Part shown: positions 38,784 through 48,571 of the stretch, piece by piece
How positions within the stretch are numbered: position 1 is the first letter of the stretch
Layout of the letters: the number at the start of each line of letters is the position of its first letter
Assembly: GCA_903842345.1 (NCBI GenBank)
Contig: CAIMLR010000042.1
Span: forward strand, 21,744-85,743
Source: an uncultured Myxococcales bacterium
GTDB taxonomy: Bacteria > Myxococcota_A > UBA9042
DNA length: 64,000 nt
Direction of reading: 5' to 3'
Translations under genes and position numbers: made by a program
The notes under the pieces: model-generated
Seen by the model: the letters and a program-made list of their open reading frames with translations, nothing else
Databases searched by the model: none
Told to the model about the DNA's origin: nothing

Positions 38784-39662
38784 ATGACAACGTGGCAAAT
38801 CACAGGACTGACGTGCGTGCTGGCGGCGAGCCTGATCGGCTGCGCGCACAGCGGCGATTCGCAGGTGCTGCAGTACCGCGGCGCGGTCCAACCGCTCCGG
38901 ACGGGCCAGAGCTGTCAGGCGACGGACACGACGCGGCTGCTCGACCACCCGGTGCTGGATCTGGCGATGGCCAAGAGCTACCGGTTCTTTCCGGCGCTGC
39001 AGAGCATGTTGCCCAAGCTCACGGCCATTCCCGGCATCAACCCGAACGTGCAGGACACGAACACCATCAACATGACGTCGATGACCGTGTCGGTCCAGTC
39101 GGGCATGCTGAGCACCTCGCCTTTTGGCAACAAGACGGGCGTGGCCGGCGGACCGACGTCGCCGACCAAGACGTGGACCGTCCCGATGTCCGGCACGATG
39201 GAAGCCCAGGGCACGCTCATCACCGGAGCGGATCTGGTGCCGGAAAAGGCGCTTGTCGGCTCCAAGTTCGTCCCGGTCGGCGAGGACTGGCGGAGCCGCT
39301 TCTGGAGCTCCGCGACCGGAAGCACCAAGGACTTCTCCAAGGTTGAAATCATCCTCAGCTTCCAGTTCACCGGCGTCACCTTGTCCGGCGACAACGTCAT
39401 CACCGACGTGGCGACGCTGCCGATGACGGTTTGCTACGGCTGCCTGCTGACGCCGGCCACGGTTTCGCCGACCGTCGACGCCGGGTCGTACTACGCGGGC
39501 TGCGGCACCGCCGTGGTGCCTGCCGACGCCCTGATCTCCTGCCTCCCCGGCCAGGACGACTACATGGATTGCCGCTACTACTGCCACGAGTGCCAGAAAT
39601 CCAAGCCGACCAACGGCCCCGGGTACGACGGCTGCGACACCAAAACGCTCTGTGTGCCGTGA
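38784..39662 (+). CDS. Hypothetical lipoprotein with Cys-rich C-terminus
   Basis: Lipobox LIGC; VCYGCL and CLPGQDDYMDCRYYCHEC. Confidence 0.75.
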   Translation: MTTWQITGLTCVLAASLIGCAHSGDSQVLQYRGAVQPLRTGQSCQATDTTRLLDHPVLDLAMAKSYRFFPALQSMLPKLTAIPGINPNVQDTNTINMTSMTVSVQSGMLSTSPFGNKTGVAGGPTSPTKTWTVPMSGTMEAQGTLITGADLVPEKALVGSKFVPVGEDWRSRFWSSATGSTKDFSKVEIILSFQFTGVTLSGDNVITDVATLPMTVCYGCLLTPATVSPTVDAGSYYAGCGTAVVPADALISCLPGQDDYMDCRYYCHECQKSKPTNGPGYDGCDTKTLCVP

Positions 39663-40609
39663 ACTACCCTGAAGCCATCCAGCGTCAGGCGGACATGCTC
39701 GGCAACCGGGTCCGCAAGACCTTTCGCCACCTGCGCAAGACCATGGCGCGCGACCAGATCGAGGCGTTCCGGCTCTACGACCGGGACATCCCGGAGCTGC
39801 GAGTCGTTGTGGACTGGTACGCCGGTCACGCCGTCCTGGGTGAGTATGTGCGCGACCAGACCGACGTCCCGGAATTCCTGCCGGCGATGGCCAATGCGGT
39901 CGCGCAGGCGCTGGAGATCCCGCTGGCGCATGTGCACGTGAAGCAGCGGCGCACGGGCGCGCGCGGTCATCGCTACGAACGGCTGGAACGCAAAGGCGAA
40001 CGGCTGGACGTGCGCGAGGGCGACCTGACGTTCCTGTGCAACCTCGACGATTTCATCGACACGGGGCTGTACGCCGACCATCGCCTGACGCGGAAACGCG
40101 TGCGCGACGAGGCGGAGGGCAAGGATTTCCTCAATCTGTACGCCTACACCGGCGCGTTCACCGTGGCGGCGGCCAAGGGCGGCGCGCGGTCAACGCTGAG
40201 CGTGGATGCCTCGCAGCAGTACCTCGACTGGGCGCGCGACAACCTGGTGCGCAACGACCTGATGGGCCCGCAGCACACGTTTGCCGCCATCGATACGCTG
40301 CAGTGGCTGGATTGGGCGCAGCGCAACGGCCAGCGGTTTGACCTCGCGTGGGTGGATCCGCCGACGTTCTCAGCCAATCGCCAGCAGGGCCGCGAGTTTG
40401 ACGTGCAGCGCGATCACCGGATGCTCCTTGAGGCGGTGATGGCGGTCATGCGGCCCGGCGGCGTCCTCTACTTCTCGACCAACCACCAGCGCTTTGTCGA
40501 CGACCTCGGCGGCCTCGCCGCGGACATCACCGACATCTCCGCGTCCACGCTGCCGATCGACTACCGCAACCAGGCCGTCCACCGCTGCTGGCGTCTGGTC
40601 GTTTCCTGA
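39659..40609 (+). CDS. Stand-alone RlmK/RlmI-like 23S rRNA SAM methyltransferase
   Basis: FRLYDRDIPE, DTGLYADHR, FLNLYAYTGAFTV and DPPTFS; GTG overlaps the upstream stop. Confidence 0.88.
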   Translation: MNYPEAIQRQADMLGNRVRKTFRHLRKTMARDQIEAFRLYDRDIPELRVVVDWYAGHAVLGEYVRDQTDVPEFLPAMANAVAQALEIPLAHVHVKQRRTGARGHRYERLERKGERLDVREGDLTFLCNLDDFIDTGLYADHRLTRKRVRDEAEGKDFLNLYAYTGAFTVAAAKGGARSTLSVDASQQYLDWARDNLVRNDLMGPQHTFAAIDTLQWLDWAQRNGQRFDLAWVDPPTFSANRQQGREFDVQRDHRMLLEAVMAVMRPGGVLYFSTNHQRFVDDLGGLAADITDISASTLPIDYRNQAVHRCWRLVVS

Positions 40610-40665
40610 CGCGACTTGGCGTTATCGCGGCGGATTCGCTACAGTCCGCGCATGGAGGTTCCCCG

Positions 40666-42495
40666 ATGCGCCGTTTCCTGCTCGCTGCGTGCTCTGCCGC
40701 CCTGCTCCTCCCATCCGCGGCGTTTGCGTGCGGCGGCTGCTTTGTTCCAGCGGGTTTGACAAGCACGCCCGTGCTCCAGAACGCCGAACGCATCCTGTTT
40801 TCCCACGACGCCGTGACCAAGAAGTCCTACGTCTGGGTTGAAATCCGCTATGCCGGCCCGCCGGGCGATTTTTCCTGGGTCCTGCCGCTGCCCAAGGCGC
40901 CTGACGTGTCCGTCGGCGATTCCTGGCTGTTCGATCGCCTGGATTTGGCGACCGCGGCGCAGTTCAAGCTCGATTTTGACACAAGCGAGAACTGCTCCTA
41001 CGCGTCGACGCAATCGAGCGGTTTTGGCTGTGGGAGCGCGACCGCGACGGCGGGTTCAGAGGACCTCGCGACAAGCCCCAATCAAGGCGGATTTGGCGTG
41101 GACGGCGACGGCGTGAAGGTGCTGAAGCACGCGCAGGTCGGCAAATACGACTACGTGCTGGTGCAGGCGACCTCCAAGACGGAAGGCGCCGCCAAGATGG
41201 TCAAGTGGCTGCAGGACAACAACTACGGCATCCCGGACGCGGCCAAGCCGATCCTGGATTCCCACGTGGCGCGCGGCGACGTCTTTGTGGCGCTGCACCT
41301 CGTGGCTGGCGCGTCGATCAAGGAAATCCGGCCGATCGCTCTGACGATGGACGATTCTGAAGCGTGCGTGCCGCTGCGGCTGACGTCCATCGCGGCGGTG
41401 GATGACATGGACGTGGTCGTGACGCTGGCGGGCGAAGGCCGGGCGATTCCCAAGAACCACATGCATGTTGTCGTGAATCCGGCGCGCATCGATTGGTTTG
41501 GCGGCGCGGCGAATTACCAGCAAGTGCTGGCCGCGGCGATCGATGAAGCGGCGGGACGGGCTTTTGCCACGGAGTATGCCGGCAAGTTGCCGACGTCGAT
41601 CACGACGATCGCCAACATGAACCAGGTGACGACGCCGACTTTTGACCTCACGGCGCTCAACACCGAGACGCTGGCCAAGGCGAAGACGCGCGACGCCGCT
41701 TGGAAGCAGATCGTCATCCAGAAGCTGCCGATTACCCAAGCGGTGGCGGACGTGCTGGAGACGTACTTCCAGATGGCGGGCAGCGCGGACGTGGTGACGT
41801 TCTATCAGCAACTGCAGGCGGCAAACGGGCTGATTGAGTCGCCGCTGGGTGCGCTGGACGGTGCGGGGATGGCGGCGGATCTGGAGACCGCGTTCTGCAA
41901 GCCGGTCCGCGAGATGGCGCAGCGGCTGGGCAGCGCGGCCAAGGTGACGCGGCTGGTGATGCGCATTTCGCCGGCGGAGATGCAAAAAGATCCGGTGTTC
42001 GCGTATTCCGCGACGCTGCCGGACGTCAGCAACGTCAACAACGCCGTGGCGCACGGCATCTGCCGCAAGGGCGACTACACCCAGGATGCCGAGCGGCTGA
42101 CGCTGCCGGGGCTTGGCTCGTGGGTGTTCGAGAGCCCCGAAGGCTTCGCGAAGATCAAATCGGCCGCAGATTCCCGCTTTGCGACGGCGCCGGCGGCGCT
42201 GCACGTGGAAGTGTTGGACGAGACGGGCGCGCCGTTCCCGGTCAAGGTCGAGGACGTGGGCAAGGTCGACGCGGCGATCGCGGGCGCGCACGCGGGCGTG
42301 CCGTCGCTGGACATCAAGCTGGATCCGGCGGGCGACCGCTGGACGCCGCCGCCGACCGACGCGTTGTTCGGCACCAGCGCCGGCAGTTCGGCCAAGACGG
42401 GCTGCCAACAAGGCCGCTCGCCGGCCGTTCCGGGCGCCCTGCTGCTGCTCGTTGGCGGTGCGATCCTCGCCATCCGCAGGCGCCGCGCGGAATAG
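40666..42495 (+). CDS. DUF2330-type surface protein with MYXO-CTERM-like sorting tail
   Basis: AFACGGCFV start, FSWVLPLP, VGKYDYV, WLQDNNY and PLRLTSIAA. C-terminal GC + TM + RRRR. Confidence 0.82.
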   Translation: MRRFLLAACSAALLLPSAAFACGGCFVPAGLTSTPVLQNAERILFSHDAVTKKSYVWVEIRYAGPPGDFSWVLPLPKAPDVSVGDSWLFDRLDLATAAQFKLDFDTSENCSYASTQSSGFGCGSATATAGSEDLATSPNQGGFGVDGDGVKVLKHAQVGKYDYVLVQATSKTEGAAKMVKWLQDNNYGIPDAAKPILDSHVARGDVFVALHLVAGASIKEIRPIALTMDDSEACVPLRLTSIAAVDDMDVVVTLAGEGRAIPKNHMHVVVNPARIDWFGGAANYQQVLAAAIDEAAGRAFATEYAGKLPTSITTIANMNQVTTPTFDLTALNTETLAKAKTRDAAWKQIVIQKLPITQAVADVLETYFQMAGSADVVTFYQQLQAANGLIESPLGALDGAGMAADLETAFCKPVREMAQRLGSAAKVTRLVMRISPAEMQKDPVFAYSATLPDVSNVNNAVAHGICRKGDYTQDAERLTLPGLGSWVFESPEGFAKIKSAADSRFATAPAALHVEVLDETGAPFPVKVEDVGKVDAAIAGAHAGVPSLDIKLDPAGDRWTPPPTDALFGTSAGSSAKTGCQQGRSPAVPGALLLLVGGAILAIRRRRAE

Positions 42496-42573
42496 CCAAG
42501 CCCCTTGGCGGTTTGACGCCATCGGTGGCGCGCCTTACCCTCGCCACCCGTCCCCCGGATTCGGAGAAAGCCT

Positions 42574-43074
42574 GTGCTGCTGAAGATGATGAATGCGATG
42601 TCCCTGCGAGCGCTGCTCCTGTTGACCCTGCTCCTGAGCCTCGCCGCGTGCGGTCCGGGCTACCTGGACGCGGGCCAAAAGGTGCCGGCGACGACGCAGA
42701 ACAAGGAAATCTTTGAGGTGCTCAAGGCCTACCATCAAGCCGTTGAGGAGCGGGACATCGAGGCGCTCAAGGGCCTCATCTCGCTGCAATTCGCTGAGAA
42801 CGGCGGCACAACCGACGATCCGAGCGACGATTACGGCTACGACAAAGTCATCCAGAAGCTGACGATGCTGCGCGACAACGTCAAGAAGCTGCATTTGCAG
42901 CTGCAGCTGCGGGAAATCGAGGTCAAGGGCGATGACGCGGCGGCGGAAGTGCACTTTGTCGGCACGGCGCTCCTGACCGAAGGCGGCGTGGACAACTACC
43001 GCACTTGGGACGACATCAACCGCCTCAAGTTCAAGCGCGAGGACGGCGCATGGCACATCATCGGCGGCCTGTAG
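42574..43074 (+). CDS. Lipoprotein, NTF2/SnoaL-like fold
   Basis: Lipobox LAAC; YHQAVEERDIEALKGLIS...FKREDGAWHIIGG pattern. Confidence 0.75.
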   Translation: MLLKMMNAMSLRALLLLTLLLSLAACGPGYLDAGQKVPATTQNKEIFEVLKAYHQAVEERDIEALKGLISLQFAENGGTTDDPSDDYGYDKVIQKLTMLRDNVKKLHLQLQLREIEVKGDDAAAEVHFVGTALLTEGGVDNYRTWDDINRLKFKREDGAWHIIGGL

Positions 43075-46058
43075 GCTTTCTTCTGGCAGCGCTGCTGCTG
43101 GCGTGTGTCCCGGCTTTTGCCGAAGAACCTACCGCGCTGGGCCGTGAAGCTGGCGATTACCTGCTCCACGGCAATGTGAAGGCCGCGCTTGCGGTCTTTG
43201 AACGCACGGCGCCGCTCGACAAGATTCAGCTTTCCGCGGCCGACGCGGTCGTTGCGGCGCAAACGCTGCTGCGGCAAGGGCGTCTGGGCGAAGCGCGCGC
43301 GCTGCTGACGCCGCATTTGGCCGGCAAGATCCTCGACCCGCAGGTTGCGCTGACCCAGGCTGAAGTGGAGCGGCAGTCCGGCACGCTGCCAGGGCGCGTG
43401 GCGCTGTTGGGCAAGGCGGTCAAGGCCAATCCGGGCGATCCGCAGCTGCAAGTGGCGCTGGGCGCGGCGCTGTATGAGGCGGGCAAGGCCCGTGAAGCCC
43501 GCAAGCTGCTGGATCCACTGGCGGATCGCTACGAAAACGGCCAGTTCAAGGAGCCGCTGGATTTGCTGGCGGTGGCGGAGTCCCTGCGCCTGAACGGCTA
43601 CGTTCGCGACGCCAATCGCGTGTACGAGCAGGCGAATCAGGCGGTGGAGAACGATCGCGAGCGGCTGGCGCTGGAGCTGGCGTGGGGACGGCTGTTCGTC
43701 AGCAAGTACAACTACCGCGACGGCGACAAGGCGCTCAAGAAAGTGCTGGCGATCGATCCGAAGCAGCCGACGGCGCTGGTCCTGATGGCGCGGATCGACC
43801 TGAAGTCCGATCAGGACGTGGCCAAGGCGCGCCGGCGGCTGGACGCGCTGCTGGCCGACAATCCCCGCGATCTGGACGCGCTGGTGCTGCGGGCGGAAGT
43901 GGCGCTGCACGACGAAGATTATCCGGTGGCCAAGGGCTTTTTGGATCGCGCGCAAGCGCTGCGGCCCGACAGCCTGGACGTCCTCGCCGTGCGCGGGGCG
44001 CTGGCCAAGCTGAGCGATCAGCCGGCGGATTTCACCGCGGCGGAAAAGGCGGCCCGGAAGGTCAATCCGGACGATGGCCGGCTTTGGCTTGTGACGAGCG
44101 AATACCTGGAGATGGCGCACCGCTACCGCGAAGTGCTCCTGCTGCTGCAAACGGCGATCCAGACGCAGCCGGAGCTGTGGCAGGCGCACGCCGCGCTGGG
44201 CATGGGCTACGCGCGGGTGGCGGACGATCAGAAGGCGCAAAAGGAGCTGGAAACCGCGTACGGCGGCGATCCGTTTGACGTGCGGACCGCCAATCAGCTC
44301 AACGTGCTGTACGACGGCGTGCTCAAGCAGATGGTGACGCTGCCGGGCAAGAAGGCCGACCTGCGCGTGCACCGCAAGGATCGCAAGGCGTTTGAGCGCG
44401 AGATGCTGCCGTTCCTGCAGGAGGCGCTGACGGCGCTGGAGGCGAAATACGGCTTCACGCCGGAGAAGCCCATCCAGGTGGAGATTTTTCCGGAGACGGA
44501 GCAGTTCAGCGTGCGGACGGTGGGCCTGCCGGCGCTGGGGGCGCACGCGGTGTGCTTTGGCCACCTGGTGACGTCGCGGTCGCCCAATGAGCGGCCGTTC
44601 AACTGGAAAATGGTGCTGTGGCACGAGCTGAGCCACATTTTTCACATCCAGATGACCGACGGCCGCGTGCCGCGCTGGTTGACGGAAGGCCTGGCGATGA
44701 TGGAGAGCGCGTGGGCCAATCCGCGCTGGTCGATGCGGATGGATCGGCGGGCGTACGACCGGCTGAAGGCGGGGCAACTGGCGCACGTCGCGGCGTTCAA
44801 TCTGGCGTTTTCGCAGGCGCAGTCGATGCAGGAGATTGTCGACGCGTATTATCAGGCGATGCTGCTAACGGAATTCCTGAGCGAGCGCCATGGCTTTGCC
44901 AAACTGCGCAACCTCGTGGCGGGCTACCGGACCGGCGCGACGACGACGGATCTGGTCCAGCGCGAATTTGGCGTGACGCCCGAGGAGCTGGATCGGACGT
45001 TCGCGATCTGGCTGACGCAGAAACTGGCGCGGTTTGACCACGACTTTCGGCCGTACCTGCCGGGGCTGGTCAAGGAGCTGGTGACGGACAAGCTCGCGCC
45101 CACGCCACAGCCCGAGGACGACGCCGAGGAGAGCGAGCAGACGGTCGAGAGCGCGGACGCGGCGGGCGACGTGACGCCGCAGACAGACACGGTGCGGCCG
45201 CTGAAGGGGCAACTGACGCTGGCGGTGACCGCGCTGCACACGGGCCAGGGCCGCAAGGCGCTGCAGACACTGCAAGCGGAGCTCAAGGCGGGGCCAAAGC
45301 TGGACCTCAGCAAGCCGCAGAACCAACTGGATTTGTGCACGCTGCGCGGGCTGCTGATGGACGCGCTGTCGGCCGCGGGGGATCGCCCGGGCGCGGCGGA
45401 GCAGGCACAGGCGCTTGTGGACGTGCCAAACGGCCAGTGCGACGGCGTCAGGCAGCGCGCTGTGCTGGCAATGGCGCACAAGCCGGGCTCGGATCCGCTC
45501 GACATCGTGACGAATCTGGCCGTGGCGAGCCGGCTGGATCCGGGCGACGGGTCGATCGCCGCGCTGTGGGTCGATGCGGCGGAGCGCGCGCACGCGGCGC
45601 TCGTGGAAGGCGGCGAGGCAGCCAAGAAGCCGTGGGTCCTGGTCGTGGCGCCGCAGGGTCAGCGGGCCGAGGCGCGGGCACGGATTCGCGTCGCGGTGGA
45701 GCTGGACACGAACGAGCCGAAGTTTGCGGCTTCACTGGCCAAGCTGGCGTGGCTGGATTGGCAGGCGGGCCAGAAGGACGCGCTGGAGGACCTGAAGCTC
45801 GGCGCGACGGCGCTGATGGAGACCGACCCGTCCGGGCGGCTGGCGGTGCTCTACGAGGCGCGGCTGCTGCAGGCGGAAGGCCAAGCTGTGCCGGCGATCC
45901 TGCCGTACCGGCTGGCGGCCGAGCGCGCGGGGACGAGCAAGGATCGCGCCGAAGCGTGGTGCGAGTTGGCAGAAATGGCGGCAAGAACGCCAGCCAAGGA
46001 CGATGCGGGCGAGGCCAAACGGCGCTGCGACGCGGAGAAGACAGCGCCCGCGCCTTGA
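43050..46058 (+). CDS. Secreted TPR protein with gluzincin (peptidase MA-like) domain
   Basis: Signal peptide AFA; many TPR-like helices; LWHELSH...PRWLTEGLA. Confidence 0.85.
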   Translation: MAHHRRPVGFLLAALLLACVPAFAEEPTALGREAGDYLLHGNVKAALAVFERTAPLDKIQLSAADAVVAAQTLLRQGRLGEARALLTPHLAGKILDPQVALTQAEVERQSGTLPGRVALLGKAVKANPGDPQLQVALGAALYEAGKAREARKLLDPLADRYENGQFKEPLDLLAVAESLRLNGYVRDANRVYEQANQAVENDRERLALELAWGRLFVSKYNYRDGDKALKKVLAIDPKQPTALVLMARIDLKSDQDVAKARRRLDALLADNPRDLDALVLRAEVALHDEDYPVAKGFLDRAQALRPDSLDVLAVRGALAKLSDQPADFTAAEKAARKVNPDDGRLWLVTSEYLEMAHRYREVLLLLQTAIQTQPELWQAHAALGMGYARVADDQKAQKELETAYGGDPFDVRTANQLNVLYDGVLKQMVTLPGKKADLRVHRKDRKAFEREMLPFLQEALTALEAKYGFTPEKPIQVEIFPETEQFSVRTVGLPALGAHAVCFGHLVTSRSPNERPFNWKMVLWHELSHIFHIQMTDGRVPRWLTEGLAMMESAWANPRWSMRMDRRAYDRLKAGQLAHVAAFNLAFSQAQSMQEIVDAYYQAMLLTEFLSERHGFAKLRNLVAGYRTGATTTDLVQREFGVTPEELDRTFAIWLTQKLARFDHDFRPYLPGLVKELVTDKLAPTPQPEDDAEESEQTVESADAAGDVTPQTDTVRPLKGQLTLAVTALHTGQGRKALQTLQAELKAGPKLDLSKPQNQLDLCTLRGLLMDALSAAGDRPGAAEQAQALVDVPNGQCDGVRQRAVLAMAHKPGSDPLDIVTNLAVASRLDPGDGSIAALWVDAAERAHAALVEGGEAAKKPWVLVVAPQGQRAEARARIRVAVELDTNEPKFAASLAKLAWLDWQAGQKDALEDLKLGATALMETDPSGRLAVLYEARLLQAEGQAVPAILPYRLAAERAGTSKDRAEAWCELAEMAARTPAKDDAGEAKRRCDAEKTAPAP

Positions 46059-46091
46059 CGTGCTGCGCCGAGCCTGCGAGAACGACGAACC

Positions 46092-46826
46092 ATGATCTCG
46101 GTGCAAGAAGTCTACAATCGCTGCGGGTCCTGTCGGCACTTTGAGCCGATGTTCACGGACCGCATGTCCCGCACCATGGGCGAGTGCAAGGGCAAGCCGA
46201 CGCATCCGACCGTGGGCGCGCAGGAATTCGGCTGCCCGAACTATCATCTGGACCGATCCAAGCTGGTGCCGGGCACGCCGCTGCCCGACGACGCCGACGT
46301 TTCGCCGGCCGAACGCGAGCGCCAGCGGCGCATGGCGATGGTGCAGCAAGGCCACGCGCGGGATGTGGCGGACGCGCGGCGGTCAACGCCGGTGCGGCGG
46401 GCGTACGAAGAGGTCGAGGAAAGTCGGCCGAAGATGAACTACATTCCGCTGTCGCTGGGCGATGGCGACACAGAGGGCTCCATGGACCGCCATACGCTGA
46501 AATCGATCCTCGCGGAAGTGCTGGATGAAGCGCTGAACGTCTCCGACGCGCCGATGGCGGCGCGGTTCAAGGGCGGCAAGGTCATCGTGCAGCCGGGCAA
46601 CGCGGAGCTGCAGGCCAAGGAAATCGACATCGACGTGCTGTTCCGCAAAGTGGTGGCGATTCGCGACAAACTGCGGGTGCTGGAGCAGAAGATCAACGGC
46701 TCGGAGAACCTGGACGCCGCGGAAAAAGTGCAGATTCAGCAGTACATCACGGCGTGCTACGGCACGATGACGACGTTCAATTTCCTGTTCCGCGACCGCG
46801 ACGACGGCTTCGCGGGCCAAGGCTGA
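46092..46826 (+). CDS. Hypothetical protein with N-terminal Cys cluster and helical C-terminal domain
   Basis: CGSCRHF...C...CPNY; KVVAIRDKLRVLEQKIN...YITACYGTMTTFNFLF. Confidence 0.8.
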   Translation: MISVQEVYNRCGSCRHFEPMFTDRMSRTMGECKGKPTHPTVGAQEFGCPNYHLDRSKLVPGTPLPDDADVSPAERERQRRMAMVQQGHARDVADARRSTPVRRAYEEVEESRPKMNYIPLSLGDGDTEGSMDRHTLKSILAEVLDEALNVSDAPMAARFKGGKVIVQPGNAELQAKEIDIDVLFRKVVAIRDKLRVLEQKINGSENLDAAEKVQIQQYITACYGTMTTFNFLFRDRDDGFAGQG

Positions 46827-46897
46827 TCGTCCACTTGCGGGCGGGCGATCGCAGGGCTACCCTCGCGCGGCCTTGACCCTCGAGACGTGACACCGCA

Positions 46898-48571
46898 ATG
46901 ACCATTGACCCCAAAGACCTGCGCACGCTGCTGATCCGCGTGACGGCTGTGACCCTCGCCGTGCGGCTTGTGCCGCTGATCGGCCAGGACCTCGGCGTGC
47001 ACGAGGCGGCGCTGGTGCTGGGCTTGGGCGACGCTGGCCACGAGCCGTGGACGCAGGCGACGCGCGGCATGCTGCTGGCGGGCGGCGGCTTCTCGGCGTT
47101 CGCCCGGTTGATTCCGCTGCTGTGCGAGATTGCCACGCCGGCGCTGGCGGTCGCGTTTGCGCGCGCAGCGGGCTGGGGCGCGATTCCGGGGCTGCTCGCG
47201 GGCCTGCTGTTGGCGATGGGGCCGCTGGGACTGGACATGGGCGAGCGCGCCGATGGCGTGGCGTTCGTCACCATGGCGGCGCTGGCGGCACTCGCGCTCC
47301 TGCGCGCCGGTCTCCGGGATGGCGATGCCAGGAAGACCGGGCTCTCAGCGCTGCCGGTGCTGCTGGCGGGATCGCTGGCGCCGTCGCTGCTGCTGCTGGT
47401 CCCGGGCGCGCTGTACCTCTCCGCACGAGCGGTGACGGGCGATGCCCCCAAGCGCGCCGGCCTCGCGGCATGGCTGCTGGCGACGGGCGGCGTGGTGGGA
47501 ATTCGCCTCGGTGTCGTGGGCACGCTATTGCCGCATGCGCCGCTGACCGCTGCTTGGTGGCTCGGCACGGCGACGATGGACCCGTCTGGCTGGGCGGATA
47601 CGCCGCCGTGGCAAGCGGCCGCACAGGCGTTGGGCGCGGTGCTGCCGACGGGTACGCAGGGCGCGCTGGCGCGACAACTCGACCTTCAGCAGACGTCTTT
47701 GCCGGCGTTGGTCATCGGCGGCGGCCTGCTGCTCACGGCGCTCGCTGGGCTGTGGCGCGGCCGCGTGCGCCCGGATCCGATCGCGCTGCCGGCTTCAGAA
47801 CAGACCGGCTGGCAAACTCTGGGCGTGCACGTGTCGGTGCCGCGCGACCTCGGCGATCGCGACATCGCGCCGCTGGTGCTGCCTCTGGCGCTGGTGCTCG
47901 GCTTTGCCGCTTGGAGCGCGTGGCGTGGGCAGGTCGACGGGCTGACCGACGCCCTCGCCGTCGGGCGCGCGTGCGCAGTGCTGCTGGTGGGCGTGGGCCT
48001 GAGCGCGCGGGCGATGCCGCGGTCGCAGACGGAATCCGCGAGCACTGGCCGCAGGGCCGCGTGGCAACTGGCGATCACGGCTGTCCTCGTGTTTGGCATC
48101 GGCGCAAGCCATTTGCTGGCCCAGACGCAGGCGGCCGATCGCCAGTCCGCGCGCAAAGTCGCGCGGTTTGCCCGCGAGAGTCTTGGCCAAAAAGGCGCGA
48201 TGCTGGCGCTTGGCGGCCGCGGCGTGCCGGTGCTCTTCCTGCTCGACCCGTACTTGCACGAAAAACGCCTGGCCTGGAGTTCGCTCGATCCCGCCGAAGC
48301 GCTGGAGAAGCTGACGACGCTGCTGGTGCAAAATCCGGATGCCGTCGTGCTTGTCGGCGACCGCGACGCGCTGGGACCGACGGACGAGAACAGCCAGCCG
48401 CGGGAAGAGCTTGAATCCGTGTGGCATTTCCTGCTGCCGACGCTCACGGCGTCGGGTTGGCAACAGGTGGAGGACAGCCATCGCTTCCTCGGCCACACGG
48501 CGGTCCTGACGTTCGTGCGGCAGGCCGCGCCGCAGATTCGCCCGCAGCTCGCGCCCGGACAAGCCCCGTGA
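46898..48571 (+). CDS. Polytopic membrane protein, possibly GT-C-like
   Basis: More than 10 hydrophobic segments and a soluble C-terminal domain. Confidence 0.72.
   Translation: MTIDPKDLRTLLIRVTAVTLAVRLVPLIGQDLGVHEAALVLGLGDAGHEPWTQATRGMLLAGGGFSAFARLIPLLCEIATPALAVAFARAAGWGAIPGLLAGLLLAMGPLGLDMGERADGVAFVTMAALAALALLRAGLRDGDARKTGLSALPVLLAGSLAPSLLLLVPGALYLSARAVTGDAPKRAGLAAWLLATGGVVGIRLGVVGTLLPHAPLTAAWWLGTATMDPSGWADTPPWQAAAQALGAVLPTGTQGALARQLDLQQTSLPALVIGGGLLLTALAGLWRGRVRPDPIALPASEQTGWQTLGVHVSVPRDLGDRDIAPLVLPLALVLGFAAWSAWRGQVDGLTDALAVGRACAVLLVGVGLSARAMPRSQTESASTGRRAAWQLAITAVLVFGIGASHLLAQTQAADRQSARKVARFARESLGQKGAMLALGGRGVPVLFLLDPYLHEKRLAWSSLDPAEALEKLTTLLVQNPDAVVLVGDRDALGPTDENSQPREELESVWHFLLPTLTASGWQQVEDSHRFLGHTAVLTFVRQAAPQIRPQLAPGQAP

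Noticed and set aside
31497-39587. Long minus-strand ORFs (784, 775, 619 and 1267 aa) opposite pilQ and aroKB
   Set aside because: Shadow frames of strongly biased coding sequence; the plus strand has clear family motifs.
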